A DNA stretch of 35,566 nucleotides from Fonticula alba ATCC 38817 (Eukaryota > Protista > Nucleariida). The notes beneath the pieces are model-generated. The model was not told the DNA's origin. It saw nothing but the letters and a program-made list of their open reading frames with translations, and ran no database searches. Below, in pieces: positions 14,417-24,245 of this stretch. The stretch lies in assembly GCA_000388065.2 (NCBI GenBank), contig KB932206.1, one strand, 5' to 3'. The translations under genes were made by a program, and so were the position numbers. The number at the start of each line of letters is the position of its first letter. Position 1 is the stretch's first letter.

Positions 14417-15778
14417 TCGACTGCCTCGCCCCGGGGGGCCGCCCCGATGCCGGACGACCTGAATGCCCTGGTTTTGACGGTCATGCCGGGCGCGGTGCCG
14501 GTGCGGTCGGTTTCGTCGTCTCCTCGCGAGGCGGCCGAGGCCCCGGCTGGGGGTTTGGCCACGGCCGGGGCGGGCGGCTCGGCGGCCGATGCCGCCGCAT
14601 CGGCCGCCAGTGCATCGGACAGCACCGGTAACCTGTCGGCCCTGCTGGCACAGTACCTGCCCCAGCCGGGTGGCCTGGATGTCCTGGCACAGCAGATGGC
14701 CGGCGACCGGGCACCCCCCGGCCCGGTGGACCTGTCCTCCATCAATGCCTTCCCCAACACGCACATCGTCACGTCGCAGCTGCTGGCCCTGTCGCAATTT
14801 GGCGGCGGGGCCACCGGGCACCATGCGGCCGGGCTGTGCTCGGCCCCGCCTCCGACCGGCTGGCACGAGCCGCCGCCGCCGCTGCAGCAAACCTGGGAAA
14901 CGGCCAACGCCATTGCCAGCCTCCATGCGCGGAATGAGCGCAACCGCCCCGGGGCCGACATGTTCCACTTCTTCCGGGTGACGCAGTCCGGCCGGCCCAC
15001 CCGCCGGGATCGGAATTCCTTCCTGCCGGCCCCGTCGGCGGCTCTCGACAGCCCGAACCGCTTCGGCCCGCCGCCGGAGCACTCGTACATCGCCCCGCCG
15101 TCGGTCAGCCAGCCGCAGCTGCACACCCTGCCGGAGCTCTTTGTCCCCTATGTCGACGCCCTGGCCCTCATCGACCTGGACCTGCCCTTCGCGGCCCTGC
15201 GGGACTTGTACACCATGCGCATGTTCCCGGCCCCGGCGGTCATGATGAATGGCCGGGCCCTGCGCCGGACCCCGGCCATCTACTACAACCTCGAGACCAC
15301 CGCCTACCGGTGGGGCTCCATGCTGGTGGTGGCCGGCTGCCACGCCATCAATGGGACCCTGCTGGGCCTGCTGAATCGGTTCCTGGCTCGACACCTCCGG
15401 CCGCTGGCCCTGGGCCTGGGCCCGGAGGCCGCCGGGCCCGAGCTCGCCCAAGTCGGCGGCATGGCCGATGACCCGGCCGCCGAGTCGGGCCCCAAGGCGC
15501 CTGGCCCGCCGGTTCCCGGGTTCCCCGCCAACCACCTGGCCCACGGGCGCTCCTCCCTGGCGGTGTCGCCGTCGGAGGACCACCCGACCGGCGGCAATCC
15601 CATCGGGCGTCTTCGTGTGGCCCCGTCGGGAACGCTGCTTGCGCGTTCGCCCGCCATCCGCGAGCGTGCGTCCTCACTCGGTTTTCTTTTCTCCCTTTCC
15701 GCCATTTTCCCTCGCCCGCCGCTGCCGCTGCCGCCGCCCTCGAGGGGGGCCCCCCTTGTGTTTGTGGCCATCCTAACC

Positions 15779-15837
<59 letters not shown>

Positions 15838-18800
15838 TTCCCATCGTCGCAGGCCGTCCGACGGCTCGCCTGGCGGCCCGGCCTCGGGCCTCGCCGCGGC
15901 TCCCCACCAATGTCAGCCTGTCGATCTACCTGCGCTCCAAGGAGTTCTCCCCCTCGCCGCTCATCGATCGGGAGATGCTCTTCTCGCTGATGAAGCTGCT
16001 GTTTGTGGCGCACCCGATCAATTCGGTGGCCCTGCTCCAGCCGATCACCTTCCTGTGTGCCAACCGGTCGGTCAGCGCCTTTGTGCTGGCCTTCATCCTG
16101 TGTGTCATCAGCCCGAACCCGGCCTTGCGCATTGTCCTCGGGCCGAAGTACTCGTCGCTGGGGTTCCTCGGGTCGCGCCATGAGCGCGAATCGGCGGCCC
16201 TCATCCAGCGCATGCTGCGTGCCGGGCCCACCGGCGCCGGGGTGGAGGACCCCGGCGACGCGCCGAGCTGGACGCTCCCCTCGCGCGTGACCCTCCGCTC
16301 GGTGACCCTCCTGCGCGGGCTGATCGAGCGGTCCGACGTCTCCGGCACCATCAACCGCATGATGCTGAGCCCGGTGGACCTGGGGGTCATCCTGTCGGCC
16401 ACCTCGCAGCAGGCGGCCACCGGTGGGCCGGGGGCCGGGGGGCCGGCCGGCTCGGGCTCGGCCCCTGCTGCCGCCCCGCCGGGCCCGGGCCCGGCCCCTG
16501 TGGCCGCCTCCCGGCAGGTGGTCATCCCGCTGATTCACCTGATCGAGCTGCTGCACATCGATGCCATTGTGCACGACTCGCCGGTGCTCGAGAACCTCAT
16601 GGACTTGATCTTCAATGTGAGCCTGCTGCTGGTCCAGCGCCAAACCCCGCCGATGCATGTCATCGAGCAGCTCATGTCGCTGGAGCCGGCGCCCATCATC
16701 GAGCCCGTGCCGATCCTGGCTCCGAGCCCGCCGGCCTCGATGGCCTCGATGGCCCCGAGCGCCGGCGGGCCGGCCACCCCGGGCCCCGGCCCGGACACGG
16801 CCACCAGCGCCCCCCTGCCGCGCAGTCTCAACATCAGCCAGTTGCTGATCCCCACCACGTCCGTCTACCACCTGGTCAACCTGCTGCAGGTGCCGAATTG
16901 CTCCAGCCGCACCTTCGGCCTGACGCTGCTGGTGCTGTCCAACATCTCGGAGCTCCCGCGCTATCGGCCGGTGGTGCGCGATGCCATCCTGGCCTCCATC
17001 CGGACCTTGGGCCGGCGCACGGCCGCCGACATCGCCAGCCTGGCCGATCTGCTGGACCGGTTTGTCACCGTGGCCACGGTCACCCAGACCGACGAGCAGT
17101 CCAGCAGCACCAGCAGCACCGAGCAGCAAAAGATCGATGTCACCGCGGCCATGGCCAACATGGACCTGTCGCGCCTCAGCTCCCAGGTGTCCTCCCAGGT
17201 GCAGCTCCTGCGCACGGTCAAGGCCCTCGGGTCGCCCTTCAGTGTCGATGGCCCGGACTCGCCCTTCGGCCAGGCCTCTTCGGCGGGGCTTTCGGCCGAC
17301 GCCGGTCCCCCGGGGCCGGGCTCGGGCTCGGGCCCGGCTGCCGCCGGCGCCGGCGCCGGCCCCGCCATGGCCGACGGATCGCCCGACAGTCAGCCCCCTC
17401 TGCGCCCTGCGGCCCCGGTGCCGGTCAGCCCGCTGGCCGGGGCCGCCGACGCCACGGCCTCGCTGATGGCCGCCTTCCGGTGGAACATCGAGCAGGTGTT
17501 CCATGACCTGACGGCGGCCGGGCTCTGGCGGTCCCTGTCCCGGGCGTTGGACCTGCTCCTGCTGTCTTCGGACTTGACCCATGTGTCGGCGGTCTTGCTC
17601 CCGGTCATCGAGTGTCTCTTCCTCATTTGCCAGGTGAGCATCTTCAAGGAGCGCTCGCTGCCACAGACGGTCGACTCGACGCCCTGCCCGTCGGCCGGCC
17701 CGAGCCGGGCCCCCTCACCGGGCCCCGGCGGCGGCCACCCCGGGCCCCTGGCTCCGGCCGACATGGCGCACCCTCTCCCGGGCTCGCACTCGGGCTCCGG
17801 CTCCGGCTCCGGCTCCGGCTCGCCCGCCTCCTCGCCCGGGGAGTACCTGGTGAAGTTTGTCTACCGGTTCAAGGTCCTCATCAACCACATCATCCGGTCG
17901 CAGACCAACCTCATCAGCAAGGGGACCTTCCTGTGTCTGGTGACCCACCTGCCGGATGCACTGGACTTCGACATCAAGCGCACCTTCTTCAACCACCAGA
18001 TCCAGCAATTCCTGGACCCGAGCAGTCGGGCGGCCACGCAGGCCGCCGCCACGGCCGGCATGTTCAATGCCGGGACGCCGCCGGGCGTGGCGGCGGCGGC
18101 GGCGGCGGCGGTCTTCCCGCGACCCGGCGCCGGGGCCGCCTCGCCCGGCGGCGGCTTCCTGCCGACCGCGGCCGGGCCGGGATCGTCATTGCCCACGGCC
18201 GCCAGCATGACCGAGCTGGCGGCCCAAACGCGCCAGCCCATCCGGCTGACCGTCGACCGAGACACCGTCCTGGAGGACTCCTTCACGGCCATGCAATTCC
18301 TCAAGCCGGAGCGCGTGCGCCTGGCCCCCATCCAGATTACCTTCCGCGGGGAGCCGGCCGTCGATGCGGGCGGCGTCACTCGCGAGTGGTTCAACATCCT
18401 CACCCGGCAGATGTTCGACCCGAATTATGCCCTCTTTGAGAATGTCTCCGGCAAGAAGGTCACCCTGCAGCCGAACCGCCTGTCGCACCTGGCCTCGGCC
18501 AACCACCTGGCGTACTTCCGCTTTGTCGGGCGCATCATCGGCCGGGCCATCTTCGACGCGCGGGTGCTGGATGTCCACTTCACCCAGTCCCTCTACAAGC
18601 ACATGCTCGGCCGGCCGATCAGCCACCAGGACATGGCCGCGGTCGATCCGAGCTTCCACCAGAGCCTGGTGTGGATCCTGGAAAACAGCATCGACGACGT
18701 GCTGGACCTGACCTTCTCCCATGACACGGATGACCTGGGCCAGACGGTGGCCGTGGACTTGGTCCCCGGCGGGTCGGCCATCCCGGTGACCGACGCCAAC

Positions 18801-19478
18801 AAGCACGACTACGTGCGCCTGGTGGCGGAGCTCCGCCTGTCCAAGGCCATTGAGTCCCAAATTGGCGCCTTCCTGCAGGGCCTGCACGAGATCATCCCTC
18901 GGCACTTCCTGTCGATCTTCAGCGAGCAGGAACTCGAGTCCCTGATTGCCGGCATGCCGGACATCGATGTCGACGACTGGCGCAACAACACCCTCTACAC
19001 GAACTACTCCCCGGCATCGCCGCAGGTCCAGGTTCGTGCTCTCGCCCTCGCCACACGCACACACGCACACACGCACACACACGCCCGCCCATGCATGCTG
19101 CCTGGCCTTTTCCCCTCTCTTGCTCCTGGCCCATGTCGTCGATGCTAACGCGCCCATCTTCCCTCCCTCCCCATGATGCGGCCTGCTCAGTGGTTCTGGC
19201 GTGCGGTTCGCTCTTTCAGCAATGAGGAGCGCGCGCAGCTGTTGCAGTTCGTCACCGGGTCTTCGCGCATCCCGCTCGAGGGCTTCTCCCACCTGGAGGG
19301 GTCCAATGGCCGGCAGCGCTTCTCCATCAGCAAGGACTTCCGCAGCAACAACCGCCTGCCGGCGGCACACACCTGCTTCAACCAGCTGGACTTGCCGGAG
19401 TACGATTCCTACGAGCAGCTCCGCCGGAATCTCCTGACGGCCATCAGCGAGTGCACCACCGGCTTTGCCTTTGCCTGA
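530..19478 (+). CDS. HUWE1: HUWE1/Tom1-like HECT E3 ubiquitin-protein ligase, spliced, ~5,852 aa. Exons 530-565, 715-837, 1011-1829, 2084-3416, 3703-4146, 4329-15665, 15853-19031, 19191-19478
   Basis: All 7 introns are GT..AG with matching phases; exon lengths sum to 17,559 nt = 5,853 codons including TGA. N-terminus MVLRK...[21 protein letters not shown] resembles the Tom1/HUWE1 DUF908 start; ARM-like helical DUF908/DUF913 region follows, then a UBA and a long acidic disordered region. Pre-HECT segment LINHIIR...[10 protein letters not shown]; HECT motifs [66 protein letters not shown]; C-terminus ECTTGFAFA. Exons 1-2 are the least certain. Confidence 0.93.
1851..2010 (+). repeat. Intronic compound tandem repeat: ~20-bp unit CTTCTCTCTCTGTTTATGCA x3 (plus a degenerate copy), then 10-bp TTTCTCTTTC x~6
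   Basis: Read directly from the sequence, inside HUWE1 intron 3. Confidence 0.9.
3453..3617. other. Assembly gap (N) in HUWE1 intron 4
   Basis: N run flanked by poly-C. Confidence 1.
6392..6511 (+). other. UBA domain within the HUWE1/Tom1-like protein
   Basis: [40 protein letters not shown] fits the UBA pattern (L..MGF/LGF...AL....NN...A...LL). Confidence 0.85.
15780..15837 (+). repeat. Poly-C tract (58 C) in HUWE1 intron 6, between CTAAC branch candidate and 3' splice site
   Basis: Read directly from the sequence. Confidence 0.95.
18240..19475 (+). other. HECT catalytic domain, split by intron 19032-19190; catalytic Cys codon TGC at 19374-19376
   Basis: [15 protein letters not shown] start, HTCFN active-site motif, conserved -4 Phe in terminal GFAFA. 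Confidence 0.95.
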
Positions 19479-19632
19479 GCCGGGGCACTGCACGGACCCG
19501 CCCCCCCTCTCCCCCCCCCCTTCTCCCTGACATACATGTACTTTTATAGACCTTCCTTCTACCCTTCCCAAAAGGAAAAGGCGTTCGCCTGTGACCGTCA
19601 CCGTCCGCCACATGCCTCCCCCCATGTGTGCG

Positions 19633-19657
19633 CGACACACACACACACACACACACA
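19633..19657. repeat. (CA)n microsatellite in the 346-bp convergent HUWE1/PLRG1 3' region; similar CA runs near 350-370, 23657-23685, 31184-31207 and 31576-31592
   Basis: Read directly from the sequence. Confidence 0.85.
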
Positions 19658-19824
19658 TGACACAGGCACCAGAGAACAAGCAAGAGCGGCAGGGAAGCAG
19701 TGGCATTTTAGTGGAGAGGACAAGGACAGGGAAGCGGGGAAGGCGCAGACGCGAGCGCAAGCAAAGTGGCCCCGCCCGCTGGGCGTGCGCAAATGGGAAC
19801 ACCCGAGCGCCGGGACACCGCCCT

Positions 19825-22208
19825 TTAGTAGCGCTTGCGCTTGAGCATCGCCTTGAAAGCAATCGGGTGAGACTCGGGCGTGGCCTCGGCATCCTCGCAC
19901 CACACCTTGATGGACTTGTCCACCTCGCAGGTGATCAGGCGCGTCCCGGTGTGGTCGAAGGTGGACGACAGAATGCCACACTCGCTGGCCAGCGAGCCGG
20001 GCTGCGGGACCGTCCGCGCGGTCTGGAAGTTGTAGCCGGACTTCCAGTCGTAAAAGTGCATCATGCCATTGTCGGCTGCGTGGCGTGGTGTGATGTGATG
20101 TGGCGTGGTGTGATGTGACGTGGCATGGGGTGGCGTGGTGCGGCGTGGCATGGGGTGGCGTGGTGCGGCGTGGTGTGGCGCGGTGCGGCGCAGTGTGAGT
20201 CAACGCAGAGTGGCAGGCGGACACCGCAAGAGGGAGCAGATTGTGTGACGCACCGCCAGCGAACAGGACGTTGTCCTGGTTGATGGACATGGTGTTGACG
20301 ATCGGGTGGTCCGTCAGGGGGAGGTTCTGCAGGAAAGTGCCATTCGGGAACTGCCACTGCTTGATGTGGTCCGAGGAGCCGGATGCGAAGGTGTACTCGC
20401 TCGGGTGCAGCAGCACCGAGCGCACGCTCTTCTTGTGGTTGGTCAGGGTCTTGAGGCACTTGCCGGCGGCCAGGTCCCACAGGCGGACAGTGCTGTCCAT
20501 GCTGTTGAGCGAACAGGGAACCGAGCCAGGGAGAGAGGGGAGGGGGGGGGGGGGGGGGGGGGTGAGTCGGGCGGGAGGAAGGGGACGGCGCGAGCACGCG
20601 GGGAGCAAGTGATGCCACACCCCCCCCCCCCGGCGGGGGAGGGAACCGACACACCTGCCGGAGACAATTTGCGGGTTGACCGACTGCGCGGCCACCGAAG
20701 CCACGGTCTCCATGTGTCCAGTCAGCGTGTGGACACACTGCTTGGCACGGATGTCCCACACGCGGACCGAGGCGTCACGGCTGCCGGTGATGAGGACATC
20801 GAGCGACGGATGCACCGCCATGCAGTACACGCCATTCAGGTGCCCGTGGTACTTGCGAATGACCTTGTTGATCTCCAAGTCCCAGCAGAGGACCTGCTTG
20901 TCCTCGCCGGCCGAGAAGAGATACGGATGCCGCTGGCTGGCGGCCACGGCCCGCACGCCCATCGAGTGGGCCGTGAAGGTGGTCTTCAGGGTGCCGGAGG
21001 CAAGGTCCCAAATCTATGCGCAGCAGGAAAAAGCAAAGCCAGGCGCAGGCATCGCGAAGGGGGGAGGCCCGGCACAGGGAGCGAGGGAGCAGGAGGGCCG
21101 TTAGCAAGTGACCGACACCGGCGACAGGGCAGGCAGGAGGGCCAGCACCAGCCGGGCACCGGCGGCAGGGCGAACCTTGATGGTCTGATCGCGCGACCCG
21201 GTGGCGAACCACTGGTTGGTCGGGTCCACCGAGATGGACCGGACCCAGCCGCTATGGCCGGAGATGACCTGATGATCGCCACGGGAGGAGGCAGATGGAG
21301 AGAGAGGGGGAGGAGGGAGGAACGACCAGAGGGGGGGGGGGAGGGACAGGGACAGGGCCAAGGGGGCGGGGGCGTTTGGCAACGAAGGAGAGGTGAGTGA
21401 CGTGAAGGAGGGCAATCCCCGACCACACGGGCGAAACATCGAAGAGGAGGCGGAGAAGGGGCAGTGGACGGAAAAGAAAAAAAAAACCAGCACGCACACG
21501 CATGAGCTTCCAGGGGGCGTGCCAGGTCGGGCGCGGGACCGAGTGCGTGTGAGTCTGCAGGACGAGCGACCCGGACTCCGAGGGCGGCGCCGGGGCCCGG
21601 GCTCCAGGACCGAGGGCCGCCAGCTGCCGGTCTCCGCCGGACCCGGGGCCGCCGCTGCGCAGCACCAGCGACTGGCTGCCCGACGGGCGGCCCGACTGCT
21701 CGGCGCGGCCCGTGGCCCCGGCCACCGAGGCGTCGATGGCCGCAGCCAGGCCAGATGCCTCGGCCGTGCCGGCCTCCGCCGCGTTCTTCTTGGCCTCCGA
21801 GCGGTCCCTCCGCGTCGGGCGCTTGATGGACTCCGGCAGTCGGCGAACCACCTCATACTCGTCCAGGATTTTGGATGTCATCCGGAGCCTCTGCCTGGAC
21901 AGGAGGGAAAGGCGGATGGGCGGGGGGGGGGGNNNNNNNNNNNNNNNNNNNNNNNNNNNNNNNNNNNNNNNNNNNNNGGGGGGGTGGGGCAAAAAAGGGG
22001 CAAGCGGAGCAGGGGCAGGGGACGCGGCCAGCCTGGCATGCCAGACTGCAAGCCAGAGGAGGGAGACGCACGACGAGGAGTCCTCAAACAGGTCGTCCGG
22101 CGACCCGATGAACATGTCCAGCGCGCGCTTGGTTCGCGGCTTCAAGAAGGACACCACCGCCGGCGAGGGGGCGGCGGGGCTGGGCGGAGTCGGCACCGGG
22201 CTGGCCAT
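19825..22208 (-). CDS. PLRG1: PLRG1/Prp46/PRL1 WD40-repeat pre-mRNA splicing factor (Prp19/NTC complex), 494 aa. Exons 22208-22072, 21894-21498, 21268-21176, 21013-20655, 20501-20254, 20075-19825
   Basis: Five GT..AG introns with matching phases; 1,485 nt = 495 codons. Family signatures: KRALDMF...[119 protein letters not shown]. Confidence 0.96.
20078..20192. repeat. Pentanucleotide satellite (CGTGG/TGTGA/TGCGG variants) in last PLRG1 intron
   Basis: Read directly from the sequence; gives HHTTP/RHAT pseudo-peptides in the ORF track. Confidence 0.85.
21933..21977. other. Assembly gap (N) in PLRG1 intron 1
   Basis: N run flanked by poly-G. Confidence 1.
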
Positions 22209-22892
22209 GGTGAGGGCAGGGGTGGTGGTGGTGGTGGCGGTGGTGGTCCGGGCAGGAGCAGGAGAGGGAGGGGAGAAGAGGCGGGGAGGGCGGAGGAAGA
22301 GGGCGAGCAGGCAGGGGACACAGGGGGGGGGGAGGGAGGGAGGGAGGGAGGCGGTGACACAGGAGGATGGAGCGGGTGTGGCGGCCCCTTTGGGGCCCAG
22401 TGGGGGGAAGCCCAGCCGTCTCTTGAGCCGGCCCCGGCTGCGATTGCGGCGAGGGAGAGAGAGAGAGAGAAAGGGACAGGGGGGAGAGCCGTTCCCCCCC
22501 TGCGCGGCCGCCTGGCCGTCCCCCGCCCGCTCGCCGGCCCGCCCGGGGCCCGGCGAAACAACCGGTACGAGCATGGGAGCCGCGTTGGCATGCCGGTACG
22601 TGGGCACCTGGCCGATCGGCGGTCTAAGAGGCCCCAGGGGCGGAGGCCCTGACGGCATCCGCTGGCCGCCCGCCAATCAGGTATCTCCCACCACGGCCGC
22701 CCCCACCTCGCCTCTCCGCCTCCGCCTCCGCCTCCGCCTCCGCCTCCTGGCCCTCCTTCTCCGTGACGGCTATCGCCCCCCCTCCCTTCCTGTCGCAGCT
22801 CCCCGCGCCAGTCCTACCGCTCCCCGGCCACACCGCCCAGGCCTCCCTTCGCGCCCCCTCGCCTGGCCCTCGGACGGGCAGACCCCGCAATC
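22209..22892. promoter_or_regulatory. Head-to-head intergenic region, candidate bidirectional promoter and 5' UTRs for PLRG1 and gene 3
   Basis: 684 bp between divergent ATGs; contains CCAATCAG at ~22671-22678, (CTCCGC)n at 22713-22746 and GA repeats. No experimental support. Confidence 0.45.
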
Positions 22893-23992
22893 ATGGCCGA
22901 GCCGCCCCCCTCGCTGATCGGCATGCCGGAGCTGATCCAGCTGCCCGACCTCCCTCCTCTGCCGTCGGTCGGCAGCCTTCCCCTGCCGCCGGTGGGGGGG
23001 CTTCCGCCTCTGCCGACGGTCGGCGGGCTGCCGCCGCCGCCGATGGATTTGCCGGACCTGCCGCCGTCGATGATCGCCGATCCGGTGCCCGGGGCCATGG
23101 GTCTGCCGGACTTGACGGCGCCGGCGGCCGGGCTCCCGCCCCCGCCGCTCGCGCTCCTCGCTCCACACGGCCCCACCCTGACGCCGGCCCCGGGGGAGAG
23201 GCCCGAGGACGGGGCAGACCCGGCGTTCCTGTCCGACCGGCGGGTGGCCCAGTTTGTCCGCGCCAAGGCCGCCTCCGCGCCGGCGGCCGTGAAGCTGGTC
23301 CAGAGTGTCAACGAGGCCTGCCAGGTGCTGGATTCGATCGAGCGCGCGGTTGGGGACTTTTTCGACCGGATGTGCGACCCTGGTTGCCGACTTCTTCCCG
23401 CTGTCTCCCTGCGCTCCCTCTTTCCCCTTCCCGCCCCCTTGCTGACACGCTCGCGCCGCCGGCTGCCCTCCTCCCGCCAGTGAGATCTCCTGCTCAAGTC
23501 AGTACTCCATGGCTGATGCCGAAGGTGCGTCTTCATGCCGCCGGCCAGCGCCGGCGAGCTCGCTCCGCCGTCAGCCGTGCCCGGCTGCCAGGCCGCACGC
23601 ACGGCTTGGTCCATGCGCGCCTGCCTCTCCCCTGCACGCCCACTCACCCACCCACCCACACACACACACACGCACGCACACACACGTATGTATTTATCTG
23701 TCCAGACGATTACCAGCGTATCATCGCGCTCCTGGGCGAGCTCGAACTCATTCTCGACAAGAACCACCTGGTGCGTGCGCGTTCTCCAGCTCGTCCGCCC
23801 CCCGCCGCGGATGGTGCGGGGAGCCAGGGCGCGCTCAATTGGCAGACATGCCACCCTTCCTCGCTCGCAGGCGGGGGGCGCAAAAGAGGAGCCAAACACC
23901 CGAGGGAGGCAGGGCGGACGAAGACAGAGGCAAAGCCCGCGCACACACACACGCACACAGACGCATGCAAGACACTTCCTGGCCTGACCAAT

Positions 23993-24068
<76 letters not shown>

Positions 24069-24245
24069 CCAACCGCACCGCCCACCGCGTCCCAGCGCTT
24101 CCTTTCGCCCGCCCCGTCGCCAGCTGCCAACTCGGCGCTCGAGCGGCTCGAGACCATCCGCACCGCGTCCGACGTGCTCAAGGAGCACGTGCACAGGATA
24201 CGCTCGAACGCCCAGCGCGCGGTCAATCGTCACGCCCCTGTGTAA
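22893..24245 (+). CDS. 245-aa protein: Pro/Leu-rich N-terminus plus helical-bundle C-half; tentatively MED27/Med3-like Mediator tail subunit. Exons 22893-23371, 23481-23524, 23706-23770, 24096-24245
   Basis: Three introns (donors GTGCGA, GTGCGT, GTGCGT; CAG acceptors; CTGAC branch candidates in introns 1 and 3) join into one open frame of 738 nt ending TAA, with coding-like C/G third positions. The product call rests on a by-eye pattern match only (gene existence ~0.85, identity ~0.35). Confidence 0.7.
23995..24067 (+). repeat. Poly-C tract (73 C) in gene 3 intron 3, between CTGAC branch candidate and 3' splice site
   Basis: Read directly from the sequence. Confidence 0.95.

Noticed and set aside
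4238-16183. 3981-aa ORF taken as a complete gene
   Set aside because: It starts inside intron 5 and reads through poly-C intron 6 into the wrong frame; it is only exon 6 of the larger spliced gene.
20078-20192. Short tandem arrays as possible CRISPR or telomeric repeats
   Set aside because: No unique spacers, no cas genes, eukaryotic intronic context; the units are degenerate pentamers, not a telomeric hexamer.
23991-24095. ATG followed by poly-Pro (MSPPPP...) as a formin/WASP-like protein
   Set aside because: It is the intronic C73 tract; similar poly-P/poly-G translations at 15780-15837, 4183-4207 and 3423-3452 are also intronic.
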